Shown piece by piece: positions 23,984-36,915 of a DNA stretch of 64,000 nt (the first letter of the stretch is position 1; the number at the start of each line of letters is the position of its first letter). Source of the DNA: Ylistrum balloti (taxonomy: Eukaryota); the NCBI RefSeq assembly GCF_031769215.1, contig NW_026782361.1, positions 930,001-994,000 of the forward strand, given 5' to 3'. Below the pieces are notes generated by a model. That model did not search any database. It was not told the DNA's origin and saw nothing but the letters and a program-made list of their open reading frames with translations. A program made the translations under genes and the position numbers.

Positions 23984-26900
23984 ATGAGTCGTACCGGTGC
24001 CGAAATGAGGGCAAGGTAAGTATATTATCGTCTCTTAATTACCGTTAAAGCAAAAATAGTAGGAGGATTAAATAGATTTTCATATTTATTGGGTTATTTT
24101 ATAAGACATTCGTGACTTGACTTGTCTGATTTGACAGTTTACGCGGTTAATCTGTACGCACGATTCATTTCTTATCCAGTGTTTTGCTCACAAATCTTAA
24201 TGTTGTTTTTGTGATATTTTGAAAATGATCAGAATATCTCGGTGAACACGTTGAACCTCAGTTTTCAGAGTTTTGATTCTTACCTTTACCTTGATAGGCC
24301 AAATTTGATACTTACACGCCCATGTACATTCAATTTCATATCACTTACGAAATGTTTTCTTCATAATTTTCAACCCACTCCATTACAGGTCGACGGTTAC
24401 ATGGGTTGGGGTGGGTTGGGGAGTGGAAGCAATAAACTATGACTGATGGTAATATATGTATAGCAACACCATGGAAGCTTTTGTGTGTACTTTGAGATAA
24501 GGATAGGCTATGGTATAACATGGAAATAAAATATTGATGTTTTGCTGGTTGTGTGTATGAAGGTTTCAAGGGTTTCTTGGGGAATAAGTGCTTTTGAATT
24601 CCTTAAGTGTTGTGCAGTGTATTGCTGCTTATAGCAGGAGATTTTCTTGTGCTGTTATTCTGGATAGAAACATGCATTTGTACTTGTCCGTTGAAGAAGT
24701 TATGGGTGTAAATGAGAAGGGATGCATACGTATAGCACAGTTTACCCTTGTCAATATATATTGTCCTGTGTATAGGAGCTAGGTTATGATTATACTGGCA
24801 ATTGAGAATTGAGAAATCAGATAAATCACAGGCATGGATTTCATCAGTGATAAATGTCAATATTTGCTCTAATTCTGATGAAAGATTAAAATTCAATACA
24901 TTCCAACAGTTTGATATGTTGTAGCTTCTGAGTTATTCTGACATTCTGTTGACTTTCTGATCCTGATGAATATCTGAACTTAAGCCCTATGAAAATTAAG
25001 AAATAAGCTACCAGTGTCTTGCTTGGCATACAAACATTAATTGTGATGAGAAATCACATACCTCTTAACCCTCCCAGAACATGTCTTAAATCTTTTTGCT
25101 GCCCATATGAATTCCTCATTGAAGGTATTTTATTTAAACTTCACAGAATCTACCAACTTTTAGCAATGGAAGTTGCCTAATTGTAAATCTACATCACAAG
25201 TCTTAGCTGTACAACTGTACTAGACAACTACCACTCTAAAATCTGTCCATTGAAAGGATCATTGACCCTGCTCATATGACTTTAAGGGATATTTCATCCA
25301 TGCTGCAAAACTTCTGGCTGTTCTGGGATATTTCATCCATGCTACAAAATTTCTGGCTGCTCTGTATCTTTTAAGAACTTGTTCTGATGACTGTTAAAAC
25401 TATTGTTAGCATCAAAATATCTCTCCTGCAGTCAGTTTGGACAGGTGAAATTGGTGGGAATACTTCTAGTGAAACTGTTTTAATGAAGCGCATTTGGGAA
25501 ATGCGGAACTGAAAGGTCACTGAATCATAGATTTTATGAAGAATATAGGGTAAATACACAAGTGTGTATGCTGTTCACTAAAATTTCTGCTGTGATTACA
25601 ATTTTGTTATTTCATTAGGGTTATTTTCTGTTGGTCTTTTAATTTACACAAATATTTCATTCTGTTTAGCTTAAAAAGATATAAACCTGTTATGCCAAAA
25701 TTAGGGCAGCATGCAAATGTTTGTAAATCGATGTAGCTAGATCTATAAAGAATTTTTGCAAATTAAATGTCACATGTTGATTTAAATGGTAAATAAAGGA
25801 AGTAATTCAAAAGTTTACAGTATTATGTAGTATCAATTGATGAAAAGTAAACAAATACTTAAAATATTGCATAATTCTAACAAAGGTAATGTGTGCTGTA
25901 TTTCATTACTTCATGAGACCAGCTTAACATCCTCATACTGCTCAATTCATACTTTTTTCTTGAAATATTTAAGGGTGCCTATTTTCATCATATATGGTAC
26001 GATAATAACAAATTTAAAAATGTTCCTATTTTTAAGTGACCTATCCCCATCTGGAAATGGATTGTTACAATAACACATTATATATATATACATATGTTTA
26101 TATAGAGATTTTAATATACATAAAACAGACTGGTATCACAAGATTAAAAATTAAGACAAACTGCAAGTTCGTGAAAGCATTTTTATAATTTATCAAACAA
26201 ATCACACCTTTTGGTTTACTTTTCTTTTCAGTGAAACTCAATCTAAATTCATACAAGATCGTGTGTCCCTGGTGGAGAAGCATTTTGGACAGCTATGTGA
26301 CACGATGTCTTCTATAACGAGAAAAACAGCACGACTTAGAGATAAAGGTAAAAAGAAAAGACAACCTTTTATTCAAAGAGTAAAATATTGGTATTTCCTT
26401 TTCAAACATTTGGTACTAGTTTGGACAGCTATTCATATATTAACAGTTGTCACTGATTCATCAGTAGCATTGTAAAGACATTTGTATTTTCTGTGTTTCT
26501 AGGAGATCAGTTAGCTAAAGATATCACAACCTACTCTGAGGCAGATTCTCACAACCCATCAATGCTAAGATGTCTCACAGAATTTGCAACAAATCTATCA
26601 GCTATACAGGATTATAGACAAGCAGAGGTAATTTTTTAGATAATATCAGTTATAATAGTTAGCAATAAGATATGAAAAAGTGTTTTTAGCAAATTCATAT
26701 TTCAGGAATTGATTATTCACTTAAAAGTGACATTGTTGCTTTACATTCTATGAAGGGATAACTTTTAAGAAAATAAAACAACTTTAAGGTGAGGTTTTGT
26801 TTGTAATTGTATCTGCTGCATTGCCTAAACGTCACCTGAAAACTTTTTTTTTATGAAGCCATGTCATCCAATACACACAAATAGCGTGGTGTATTACAGA

Positions 26901-28909
26901 TGGTGAAATTGTTAATTTTCAGGTTACAAGACTTGATGCCAAAGTTGTACAACCTTTAAGTAATTATGGACTTAAGTGCAAACAGGCAAAAAATGACCTC
27001 AAATCAGCATACACCGCACAGGATAAAGAAGTTAAACAAAAGAAGAAGCTTGACATGCTTCGACAGAAAAATCCTGGTGATCGTTCTCAGATCTCGCAGG
27101 CGGAAACTGAGCTGCAGAAGGCCAGTGTAGAGGCCTCACGCACATCAAAAAATCTTCAGCAGCAGGTTGACAAATTTGAGTTGGAAAAACTCAAGGATAT
27201 TAAGGTATTTAATACTGTGTATTTGTTGAAGTGATGCATTTTAATATGATGAAAATACCAGATAAACTCTTGTATTTAAAATATAAAGCCAATCATTTTA
27301 ATCTTTTAACTGATCCCACTGTGCAAAATTGGAAACATGATCAGAGTAAAGCATCAGAATTAGAACAAGAAATAAAATTGACATCAATTTTAAAGAGTAA
27401 AGGATAAAGAAAAAACAATTTGCTTATAACAATACTGTACAATATATTTTCATTGCATACTGTGACATACTGGTACCTTGTGACATCAATATGCGATGGA
27501 GGTACATTATGTATATACTGAAGACCAGAGATATGTACCAGTTTGCTTTACTAGTCAAGTTCTAGAGTTGAATAATTTTTGTACCACCTGTTCACCAGAA
27601 ATTTGTATTTTTCTAGAAAATGTTAAGTGACTATGTGAACATAGAGATGATGTTCCATGCCAAAGCATTGGAGATTTACACCCAGTGTTACCAAAACATC
27701 TCCTCTGTTGATGTGGAGGAAGACATGGATGTAAGTAGTACAGCTAATCACACCTACTCTACTGTGTTTCTGTATAATAGTTCATATACCAACAGGAGAC
27801 ATTTCAAGGTGGGGTCAACCCTCCCTTCCCTCAATTTTCCATAGATTTTGTAGTTTAAGAAATATTGGTGTTACATTTAGCAGTAATATTTGTTTAAGTG
27901 TGAAATCTGAAGGATGCAACTAGCATGTAGGCTTAGAAGTAATTTTGTTTTGATAAAGAAGCTACTCCTTACCTAAGTTGATGTGCATTAATATTGTAAA
28001 ACTGAATTTATTTTATTGCTATATTTGGTAGGAAATGTTTTTATTTATTACCAAAGTTTTACATTTTTGATATTTGGATTGTTTTGACTTATCTTTATTG
28101 TTTATTTTGCGATGAAGATAAAAACCTACAACAATTCACACACAAAGTATGTGAAGATCTAGGTAAAAAAATAAAATGATTTCCTTGTATTTTGATAACA
28201 GGAATTTCGCTCAAAGCTCACCCCTCCTAACACTGCAGCGAGGATGAATATGGTCAGATCTTCTTCGTATTCCTCTCTCAACTCCAACACAAACTCAAAA
28301 CAGACAACGCCCATCAAGATGAACAGACAACAGTCAGCGCCTGCAAGTTCTCATTCCACGCCAACTAAACCTCCCACAGGATCACAGTCCCGAACACGAA
28401 TACCAGTAAATACCACTCCTACTTGGAAAATATAACAAATTCTGGACAGAGAGTTATGGAGTTGTCCTTATCATTAATGCATGTACTAATATGAATAGTG
28501 CATAATGATATTCAAACTTGTTGCCACTTTAACATCTGACCTGTCTCAGCAAATCTACTGCTATATAATGAAACAGGATCAATTCTTTTATTCATTTTGA
28601 GTACGAAACCTTTCTTGTAGGTAAGCCACAGATTTCTTCTATAATGGCCTTTACAATAGAGTGAATCATCTATATAATATATGATATAGGTGTGTTATTA
28701 TAATACTTGACTTATCTTGTATTATTGACTTATAGGTAATGGGTCTTGATGATGATGATGATGATGATGACGATGACGACGACGATGAAGAGGATGATGA
28801 AGACGACGAAGATGAAACAGATGATGAAGATGAAACAGAATCAGAATTATCAACAGCAAGATCTCAACAAAAGCAGATATCACAGCCAAGACGTGTGTTG
28901 CCACGGTAG
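23984..28909 (+). CDS. CIBAR1: CBY1-interacting BAR-domain protein (FAM92/CIBAR), 7 coding exons, about 348 aa
   Basis: Exons 23984-24015, 26232-26347, 26503-26627, 26923-27204, 27617-27730, 28202-28405, 28736-28909, all GT-AG and phase-consistent. VEKHFGQLC...RKTARLRDK, QDYRQAEV.RLDAKVV.PL, SQAETELQKA, IEMMFHAKALEIYT match human FAM92A. Single-copy co-orthologue of CIBAR1/2 is likely. Confidence 0.92.
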
Positions 28910-31900
28910 GACATTGGGATACTGTTGTGACTGTTAGACTGCAGATCTGTGATATACCATCCGTCCACAACTAGAGGAGGCTAATCCTTAGCTCTCAATG
29001 CACTTCACAATGTTGACCTGAAGATAAGCCATTGTACTGAATGCCAGTAAAGCGCTTCTTTGCATTTGCTATTTCTTCCATGGTGCAATCAATTATGATT
29101 ACATTAAGATATGTTACAATTGCTAAGAATGTTTTTGTTTTGCCTGCGAAGTACCATAGTGTTACCAGTATTATATTAGGGAGGAGTCATCTACATTGTA
29201 TTGAAATTTTTTAACTTCATGTAAAAAAGATTAGTCCAATCTTCACATATAGTTAGATCCATTGATAGTGGACACTTCAACATAGCTACAGCAGCATGAT
29301 ATCCAGATTGTTTTGGTCCAGGTATATTATGAGTTTTAAAATTCCTGTCTTAAGAGGCTTAAGTTTCTTCAAACGTACAAGTGTTCTAAACGACCTTGGA
29401 GTATTTTAAGGGTACAAACTCAAATATGGCTTGTCCACTTCACTTATCATCTAGCAAGTGCTGTAACATGTTGAATAGATATTTTTTCTCATTTCATAAG
29501 AAGTGTGATATTTTTTTAGTAAAAATGTCATTTTACTTTAAGTTGAAATTTGAGAGTTTTCAAACATCTGTTTGATTGATTCATTTCACTTCAAAATGAG
29601 TTTAAAGTCATAAAATAAAACTGGATTGTTTGATATCAGACAAGTGTCCTTCTGTCTTCAGGAAGAGTAGGAATTTTGAAGTTAAAATATAACATACACT
29701 TTTATAGCTACAGAGCTTAACACAAAAGCAACAACAGGCAAACATGACAATTCAACCTATGATTAAGTTTAATTCTTGTTATTAAGAAGTTGATCCTCAG
29801 AACTTCCAGTCAGCACAGCATTCTTAGTCTAATACTGAATTTCATGTGAAGTGTTTTTAATCTTGAACTCAGAACTTTCAATCAGCATTCTCAGTCTATT
29901 ACTGTATTTCAAGTGTAGTGCCATATCACTCTCAAATTATTCATTGTAGTCTCTAATTGATTATTTACCTACCAAGGTAAATTAATATCAATGCACGTAA
30001 TCAAGGAAACCTATTGTCATCCTTGCTTTTGTCTACAATAACATTGATTGCATATCAATATATATACCAGTAGTACCTCTCCTCAGTTGATCTAGGTACA
30101 TTTTTTGTCTACTACTTCATATGACACTAATTTATAATCCAAGTGGTACTTACCTCCAACAGAAATGGATACATTTTATTACATTTTTTGCAGAAAAATA
30201 TAGTTTTACCTGTATGATGAAAATATAAATGATACTAGCACTGAGAGTGAAAAAAAAAACCTATTGTTTATATTTTCATTTGTTTGTGACCAGTCAGCAT
30301 TTGCAGTTATCAATTTTCCCAGGGTGCATTGTGAAATTCAGGTACAACAACTTCCAATATTACAGTTATAGTTGACATGATTGTGAATTTACATGTTTCT
30401 GTGTACATAAATGGTATTTATAATGGAAGGAATACATATAACACCTTCTCCAGCACAATATTCCTGACCATCTTCTAGGTGTACCGTTTTGTAGATTTTT
30501 TTTTACACATTTAGGTATACTGTGAGGGTTTAATGCCTTGTTGGAAATTTTCTTTTGTAACATGTGGTGCATGAAACAACTTTTCTATGTATTAGTTTGA
30601 CATGTTTAAATCTTAAACATGTTTTTATTTGCTCTTACATAATATTTACAGATCTGTAATATAGTCCAGTGTTCATTTTGTAATTATTAAATTACAACTG
30701 TCTGATATGTTGACAGGTATGTGCATGTCTTTATTAATTTATTTAAGGTACATGAAAGTATCGCATAGTAATCTATTGATAAGATGATGATGTGGGTCAA
30801 ACTGGTGATGGGTATATCTATAAACATGCAATTTGGCACTAGCATCCCTGAAGAAACTTTATTTGGATGTGTAAGTTTGCTAAATAGGATATTGTAGCTA
30901 CTAACTATGGAGAGCAGACTAACTGCAAGTTATAGTGTACTTTCATAAGTGGTATAGATCTGACAGAAAGCTAAAAATGTTCCTGTTCCAATTATAGATG
31001 TGAACGTGCTGGAAGATTGCCGTTATAGAATTAAATTCTAATCTGAAAAAAAAACCCCACTTTTCTTCAAACTAATTATCCAAAACAATATCAGTTCAAC
31101 TTTTAGCACCACAATGCACATCTCAATGTCTCAAGTAATAGCTTAATATGAGGAAAATCTGTTGATAATTTCCTGTCTCGGGATATAAGTTGATATTTGT
31201 GTCCTCCCACTTCTTCCTTGGTCATAGTAATTATACATTTCATTATGATCTACTGACCAAAATTGCATTGAAACATTGACTGTGAGGATCTTGCTATATG
31301 TAACACCTACTCATAGAAATCTGAAATATACTTGTCATGAAGGTGTTTCACCTACATTCACTTAAATACTTACTTATCTGTGGTTAAGGTACCGTATTTC
31401 AATTTCGTACAAAACAACGACACATTCTTTGGTGTCTCCTCTGCATTCACCACACCTGCTTTGCTTGCATATCCTATCAAGGTGCTGTGTTAAGACTTCC
31501 TCCTTCAAAAGTTACCTCACTGATCCTTTTTAAAAATAAAAAACAACCCAACAACACTACCCTTATGAATCTTATTTCAAACAGAGGGAAGGGAGGTGGA
31601 ACATTTTACACCTAGGGTAAGTACTGATGCAACGTCATGACCCTTGCCTTAAATACACACCTGATGGTACATATCATTTCTATATACCCTTCATACTAGG
31701 GTATATTTTTATATCAACACTATTTATACATGTAATGTGAAACTTCACTATTTTTCACTAATTTTGTGTCTCTGAGTGATTATCATACACATAAATTGTT
31801 GGCTATTTGTATATCTAAAATAAATTTGAAATGTACTTGTTAATAATGAACTATCAATGACTTACTACATTGTATGTATACTTGGCTGCTAGCTAGTCCA

Positions 31901-32189
31901 CTACTTTATGATTTTAGTATTTATATGAATGAATGATTCTCTTGTTAATTGTGGTAAGTTTTATTACTATGTTACATGTACGCATGGTCCGATATTAAAC
32001 TAATACAGATATACATCATTGACTCTTCGATCTTTTTCTTTTGGTTTATATTTTCCAAGTGGTACTCTGTAAAGATAATACCATTTTTACCACACATTGC
32101 TTTTACATACATGTACAATTCATCGAATGGATGATGTCTTTGTTTCATTGCTGGGTTCTTTGAGGTGGGATCTGGTAGTGGATTGTGCC

Positions 32190-32590
32190 CACAACCACAG
32201 CAGGACAGGATGGTCTGTGATCTCTAGTGACCCCTGCAGGACATAACCACAGCAGGACAGAATGATCTGTGATCTCAAGTGACCCCTGCAGGACACAACC
32301 ACATCAGGACAGAATGATCTGTGATCTCAAGTGACCCCTGCAGGACAAAACCACATCAGGACAGGATGATGGGTGATCTCAAGTGACCTCCACAAGACAC
32401 AGCCACAGCAAGACAGGATGGTCTGAGATCTCTGGTGACCCCCACAGGACATAACCATAGCTGGTTAGGATGGTCTGTGATCTCTGGTGACACCCCAGCA
32501 GGACATCCAAAAGGACAACTACAATGGGACAAGATGGTCTGTGATCTCTAATGATCCCCTAAGGACACAGCCACAGCAGGACATATAAGA
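32190..32590. repeat. 52-bp minisatellite, about 7 copies, degenerating rightwards
   Basis: ACCACAGCAGG at 32194 and 32246; ACCACATCAGG at 32298. Confidence 0.9.
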
Positions 32591-32619
32591 TGGCCTGTAA
32601 TATGACCTTCCTAAGAAAT

Positions 32620-32711
32620 AAACAGACTGTCTCCAGTAAGAATCGAACCACTCAGATCTCCAAATGAAATTTAGAAGTTGGATGATCTACCGACTGAGCT
32701 ATCATGTCTCC
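32620..32711 (-). mobile_element. tRNA-derived SINE head or tRNA-like pseudogene
   Basis: On the minus strand, A box TAGCTCAGTCGG (32701-32690) and B box GGTTCGATTC (32649-32640); no paired acceptor stem. Confidence 0.6.
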
Positions 32712-32849
32712 TTAAATAGAGAATGACAATATCTGAAACAATATTCTCTAACTATATGTGGACATCTACATGTCAAATTTAATTTATTTAGTCTCACTGA
32801 AATCCGATCTTGCAACTTAAAAAACACAATAAATCGAACTTTTTCAATT

Positions 32850-33080
32850 CAGATACATCAATTTTAATGTTACAGACATATCAATTTCAATGTAACAGTT
32901 ATGTCAATTTTTAATGTCACAGACATATCAATTTCAATGTAACAGTAATGTCAATTTAAATGTCACAGATACATGAATTTAAATGTTAAAGACATGTCAA
33001 TTTAAATGTTAAAGACATGTCAATTTAAATGTTAAAGACATGTCAATTTAAATATTGCAGACACTCAATTCAAATGTTAG
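32850..33080. repeat. degenerate ~23-bp AT-rich tandem repeat (ATGTCAATTTAAATGTTAAAGAC)
   Basis: About 9 units are visible, three of them identical near 32980-33050. Confidence 0.75.
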
Positions 33081-33890
33081 GTACAACTTATATCAACCAC
33101 TCTTACGTAACAATGCCTTTTAGCCTGGAGTGTCTTCCCTTTTATTTGTAAGGACAATTTCTGGATAACAACTTTGCAAAAATGCAAAATTGGCTGCAGA
33201 TTTGAAAGTTCAGTCCCTGAACTGTCTTTCTTTTAGGGAAAAACCTTCATGGTATATTTTACTGAAGCAATTATATATGTTACCAGGAAAACATTTGCAA
33301 CAGTACTTCAGTATTACCTTAATTCTAAACATAATTTAAGTAAGTGAAAGCATCATCATTTCATACCATTTTTGTACATTTTCCTTAGAAATTTGAGTCA
33401 CACTAACACAGATTCTTTATACCAGTAACATTCAAAGTCTCATTAATCTGTTCGGGTCATTCTGTTGACCTCCGTGTCATTTTCATGACCCTTCAGGGTC
33501 AGCAGAGTCTTTCATTTATAATTAACATCGAGGCTTCATACACAAGTGAGAAACTGCAACAAATTACTTTCAATGACCAATCATATTTCATCGAAAATGA
33601 ATTAGATTTTTGTGTAATACAAAAAAACTTTTTATCATTTAACAAATGCATGTACCTAAATAAACACATTTGGTGATACATGTACACGACTAAATGTACA
33701 AAATGATTTATGGAATATATTGGAAAAAATGGGTTGTGTTTTTCAAGATATGTGTGCAGTTTCAGCTGTAAAAATATTATCTAATTTATAATGTTAGAAA
33801 AGAAATATGTATAAGCAACATTTCAATTTCTCACATACAATGAAAAAATGATACAAACAGCATATCCTAGAAAATTCTATTGCATTTTTC

Positions 33891-36139
33891 TCAGTTCTCC
33901 CATCCATGAACAGTAGACACTTCACTGACATGGTCACGGACAACCTGGTCTAGAATATCATGAATATCCTTACACCCTTTAACAGCCATGTCTGTCACAC
34001 GACTCAAATTGTCTTCATGGAGACGTCCATTCATTTCTAAAAACACAATCTGTTCTGATTTGGGCAAAGTAGCTGCAATGATTTCTGGGCTGCCTGAGGA
34101 CTCTTCCATATAATTAATGTCTGTAATTGGGGTGTCATTAACAAAACTTGAAGAACAGGCACACACATAGTCTCTCAATGCTATCCCTGCATCTATTAGG
34201 GCCAATGTTGAGGCATTCACACTGGTACAGTAATTCCCACCATCAGACTGTAACACCTGAAAATTGTGTGAGTAGGATCATTAAACTATATAACAGAATA
34301 ATGATTACGACATAATGAAATACATCTTTATGTACCGACATCTTACAACTCCTGATTAGATATATTTTGATAATTTTAATGAACAAATAAACAAAACCAC
34401 AGTTTTCTCATTCTTTAGTATTAAAGGGATTTTTGTTACCAGTGACCACCTACTGAAACCAAATAAGGAAAATGGTCATTTTGTTACTCAGTTATTTACA
34501 TGTATTCTTATTAGCAGCTTTGTGATAAACATCTCAATTAATGACACAAACTACCATAAGTAGTGTCTTACTTTACATTTCATCATGCACTTTTCCAAGA
34601 AATATTGAAAGCTGCATAAAAATCAACTACAAGTTATCTCAATGTTTTGTGAACATTCATCACCAGTGTCCATATACTACTAGTGACTGGCTGATTTCAA
34701 ATTTGTCACTTGACTGAATTGTCCCCTTAAACCTCTGCTGGAGTCAAACACCTCATGAAACTATTTCTTTTCAGAACAAGTTTCTGGTACCAGGCCAACT
34801 GCCTTTTTTCCCCCCTGAAAAACTATTCTGAACTGTGATACAAAGTGCTACTGAATGGTTATATGTGAATATTCTTTTTACCTCAACAAAAATATCAATT
34901 TGTGATCTAGGATAGAGGCTTGTTTGGATTGCAGCATCAAATGTTTGTTGAAGATGCATGGTCATCTCTTGTGACTTTCTATCCCCACGCGGTCTTCGTT
35001 TACGTTCTCCAGTACTAAATGTGGCCATACTGTATTGACAGTTTACGAGAACCTTGTCATGTAGAGCTTTACTCCTACTTCCTCGAATCTGTAATGGAAA
35101 CGGTAACTTCACCATGAACATTCTGGTATCAAATTTAACAATAAGAACAGGACAAGCCAGATCAGTAATCATTTATAACATGAAAGCAATGTAAACAGTA
35201 TAAACTGTAAATAAATTACACAAATGTTTAGATAAATATATGTGTACATAATTTTTCACCATTCCCCATGATCACTGATTCACAAGTAATTAAAAACAAA
35301 ATCAATATTTCAGGACAGGTGAGATAATGCAGTAGTGTGTTCTTCATTCTGCATTAGTTTTTCTCTTTGAATATTTTCACCTCATTAACCAAGAAGCAAA
35401 GAGTCATGATATTGGACTGAAAAATTTTGTGGGTGAGCCTGACAAAGTTTTCGAAAAGAAATTACTTTTACCTATATTAAAAGTCAAATGGGTCAATTTT
35501 CAAAGGATGTCATAAACCAAGTGGTGAAGAGTCTTTAAAAATATAATGATCTTAAACTGATGTTGTATATGAAGTGAGAAATGACTATAATTCGCTAAAA
35601 TCAAATAAAACTAAGAACTAATGCAAGATATTGGAAGAAATAAAAAAAAACTATTGATCATGAAAACCTTTTATTAGCATGTAACAAGAAAAATTAACAG
35701 CTAGACCTCACTATAAAACACTGCAAATCGACTTTTTTTTTATCATGATTGATGTAATATAAAAAAAATCACCAGCCTGCATATTACTTCTCTATGATAC
35801 AACATTTTACGCGAGATTTTATGTGACTTTCATTTGTTTTATTAAAACAGGTACCAGCCTTTCTTATTAATACATTCAATGTATAATCATTCGCACATTA
35901 TTTCACGAACGTATTAAGAGGAGGCTAACACCTAAACGGTATGTATGTATGTATTTAATCACACTTGCCTCATGAGGACCGTACACGGCAGCTAAAACTT
36001 TAGTATTTCCCTGTTCTATGTATGCCGAACCATCGGCTTGATTAAATACTCCTAAACGGCATTGAATCTTCCGCAATTCATGGGGCCTTCGTCCATCAAT
36101 GCGGAACCCTTGATCTGACAATAATTCTAGACCTGCCAT
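33891..36139 (-). CDS. EXOSC4: exosome complex component RRP41, 3 exons, 247 aa
   Basis: Exons 36139-35969, 35088-34882, 34256-33891, all phase 0. MAGLELLSDQGFRIDGRRPHELR...GNTKVLAAVYGPHE, ATFSTGERK, YPRSQIDIFVEVLQSDGG. Intron 1 donor is GC (GAG|GCAAGT). Confidence 0.97.
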
Positions 36140-36915
36140 GCTTTACTCTGAAAATGAAACCGGATATTATCAACGGTTTCTAATCGAGAAACCGGTATAA
36201 AACTTGCTATGCGAATGTGTTTAAATGTTATCACTTCACTTGAGAAAAAATTCTTCTATCATTTTGATATTACTGCTTATTTATATAAAAGACAAAACAT
36301 ATTTCTATGATACAAATATTGCACAATACTTTTTCTTACAGAACATAAATAGATTAGTGAAATACGGAGCCCTCCCTTGGAGCTCTTCAGTGTTTCGTTT
36401 TCACAACGAAAACAGACGACAACGACACATGCGTTCGGTTGTTCAGATTGGTGACGGTGAGAAATCTTAAATGCTTGAATTGCTTTGATTTTAAAGGGGT
36501 TTGTCAACTAATTATACAGCGAGGTACTTAAATGTTACTTTTAGCTAATTCATTATAGTAAACCTTCATGATAATAGGATATAGACTCTGTAGAATTTGA
36601 TAAGCTGGACTAGAAATCAAAACCTTTTTTCAATCTTCATTCCAGCAAAAAGCATACACACATCATTGTATTTGGCATCGTTTAGAAAGACCTGCTTTTC
36701 GCACTGGAATACAAACTGACATGAGTGCCGCTCTCCTATTTAAACATTACCGTGTGACCAACCAACATCATCAATTTATTCAAGACCCTAAATATTCGCA
36801 CAGCCACAGTGGCAATTTACTCAAATGGAAGATTAATTTCAAAGTATAATACAAGTTTCTTGGAATGCAACCAGATTATTATATTTTTAGGTCAACTATC
36901 ATACAGCAGAATACC
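36140..36915. promoter_or_regulatory. probable bidirectional promoter / 5' UTR region shared by EXOSC4 (-) and NCDN (+)
   Basis: Start codons at 36139 and 36916 point apart, 776 bp between them; local CpG enrichment. Confidence 0.55.

Noticed and set aside
32620-32711. Functional tRNA gene
   Set aside because: A and B boxes are present but the 5' and 3' ends do not pair into an acceptor stem; treated as a SINE-like head.
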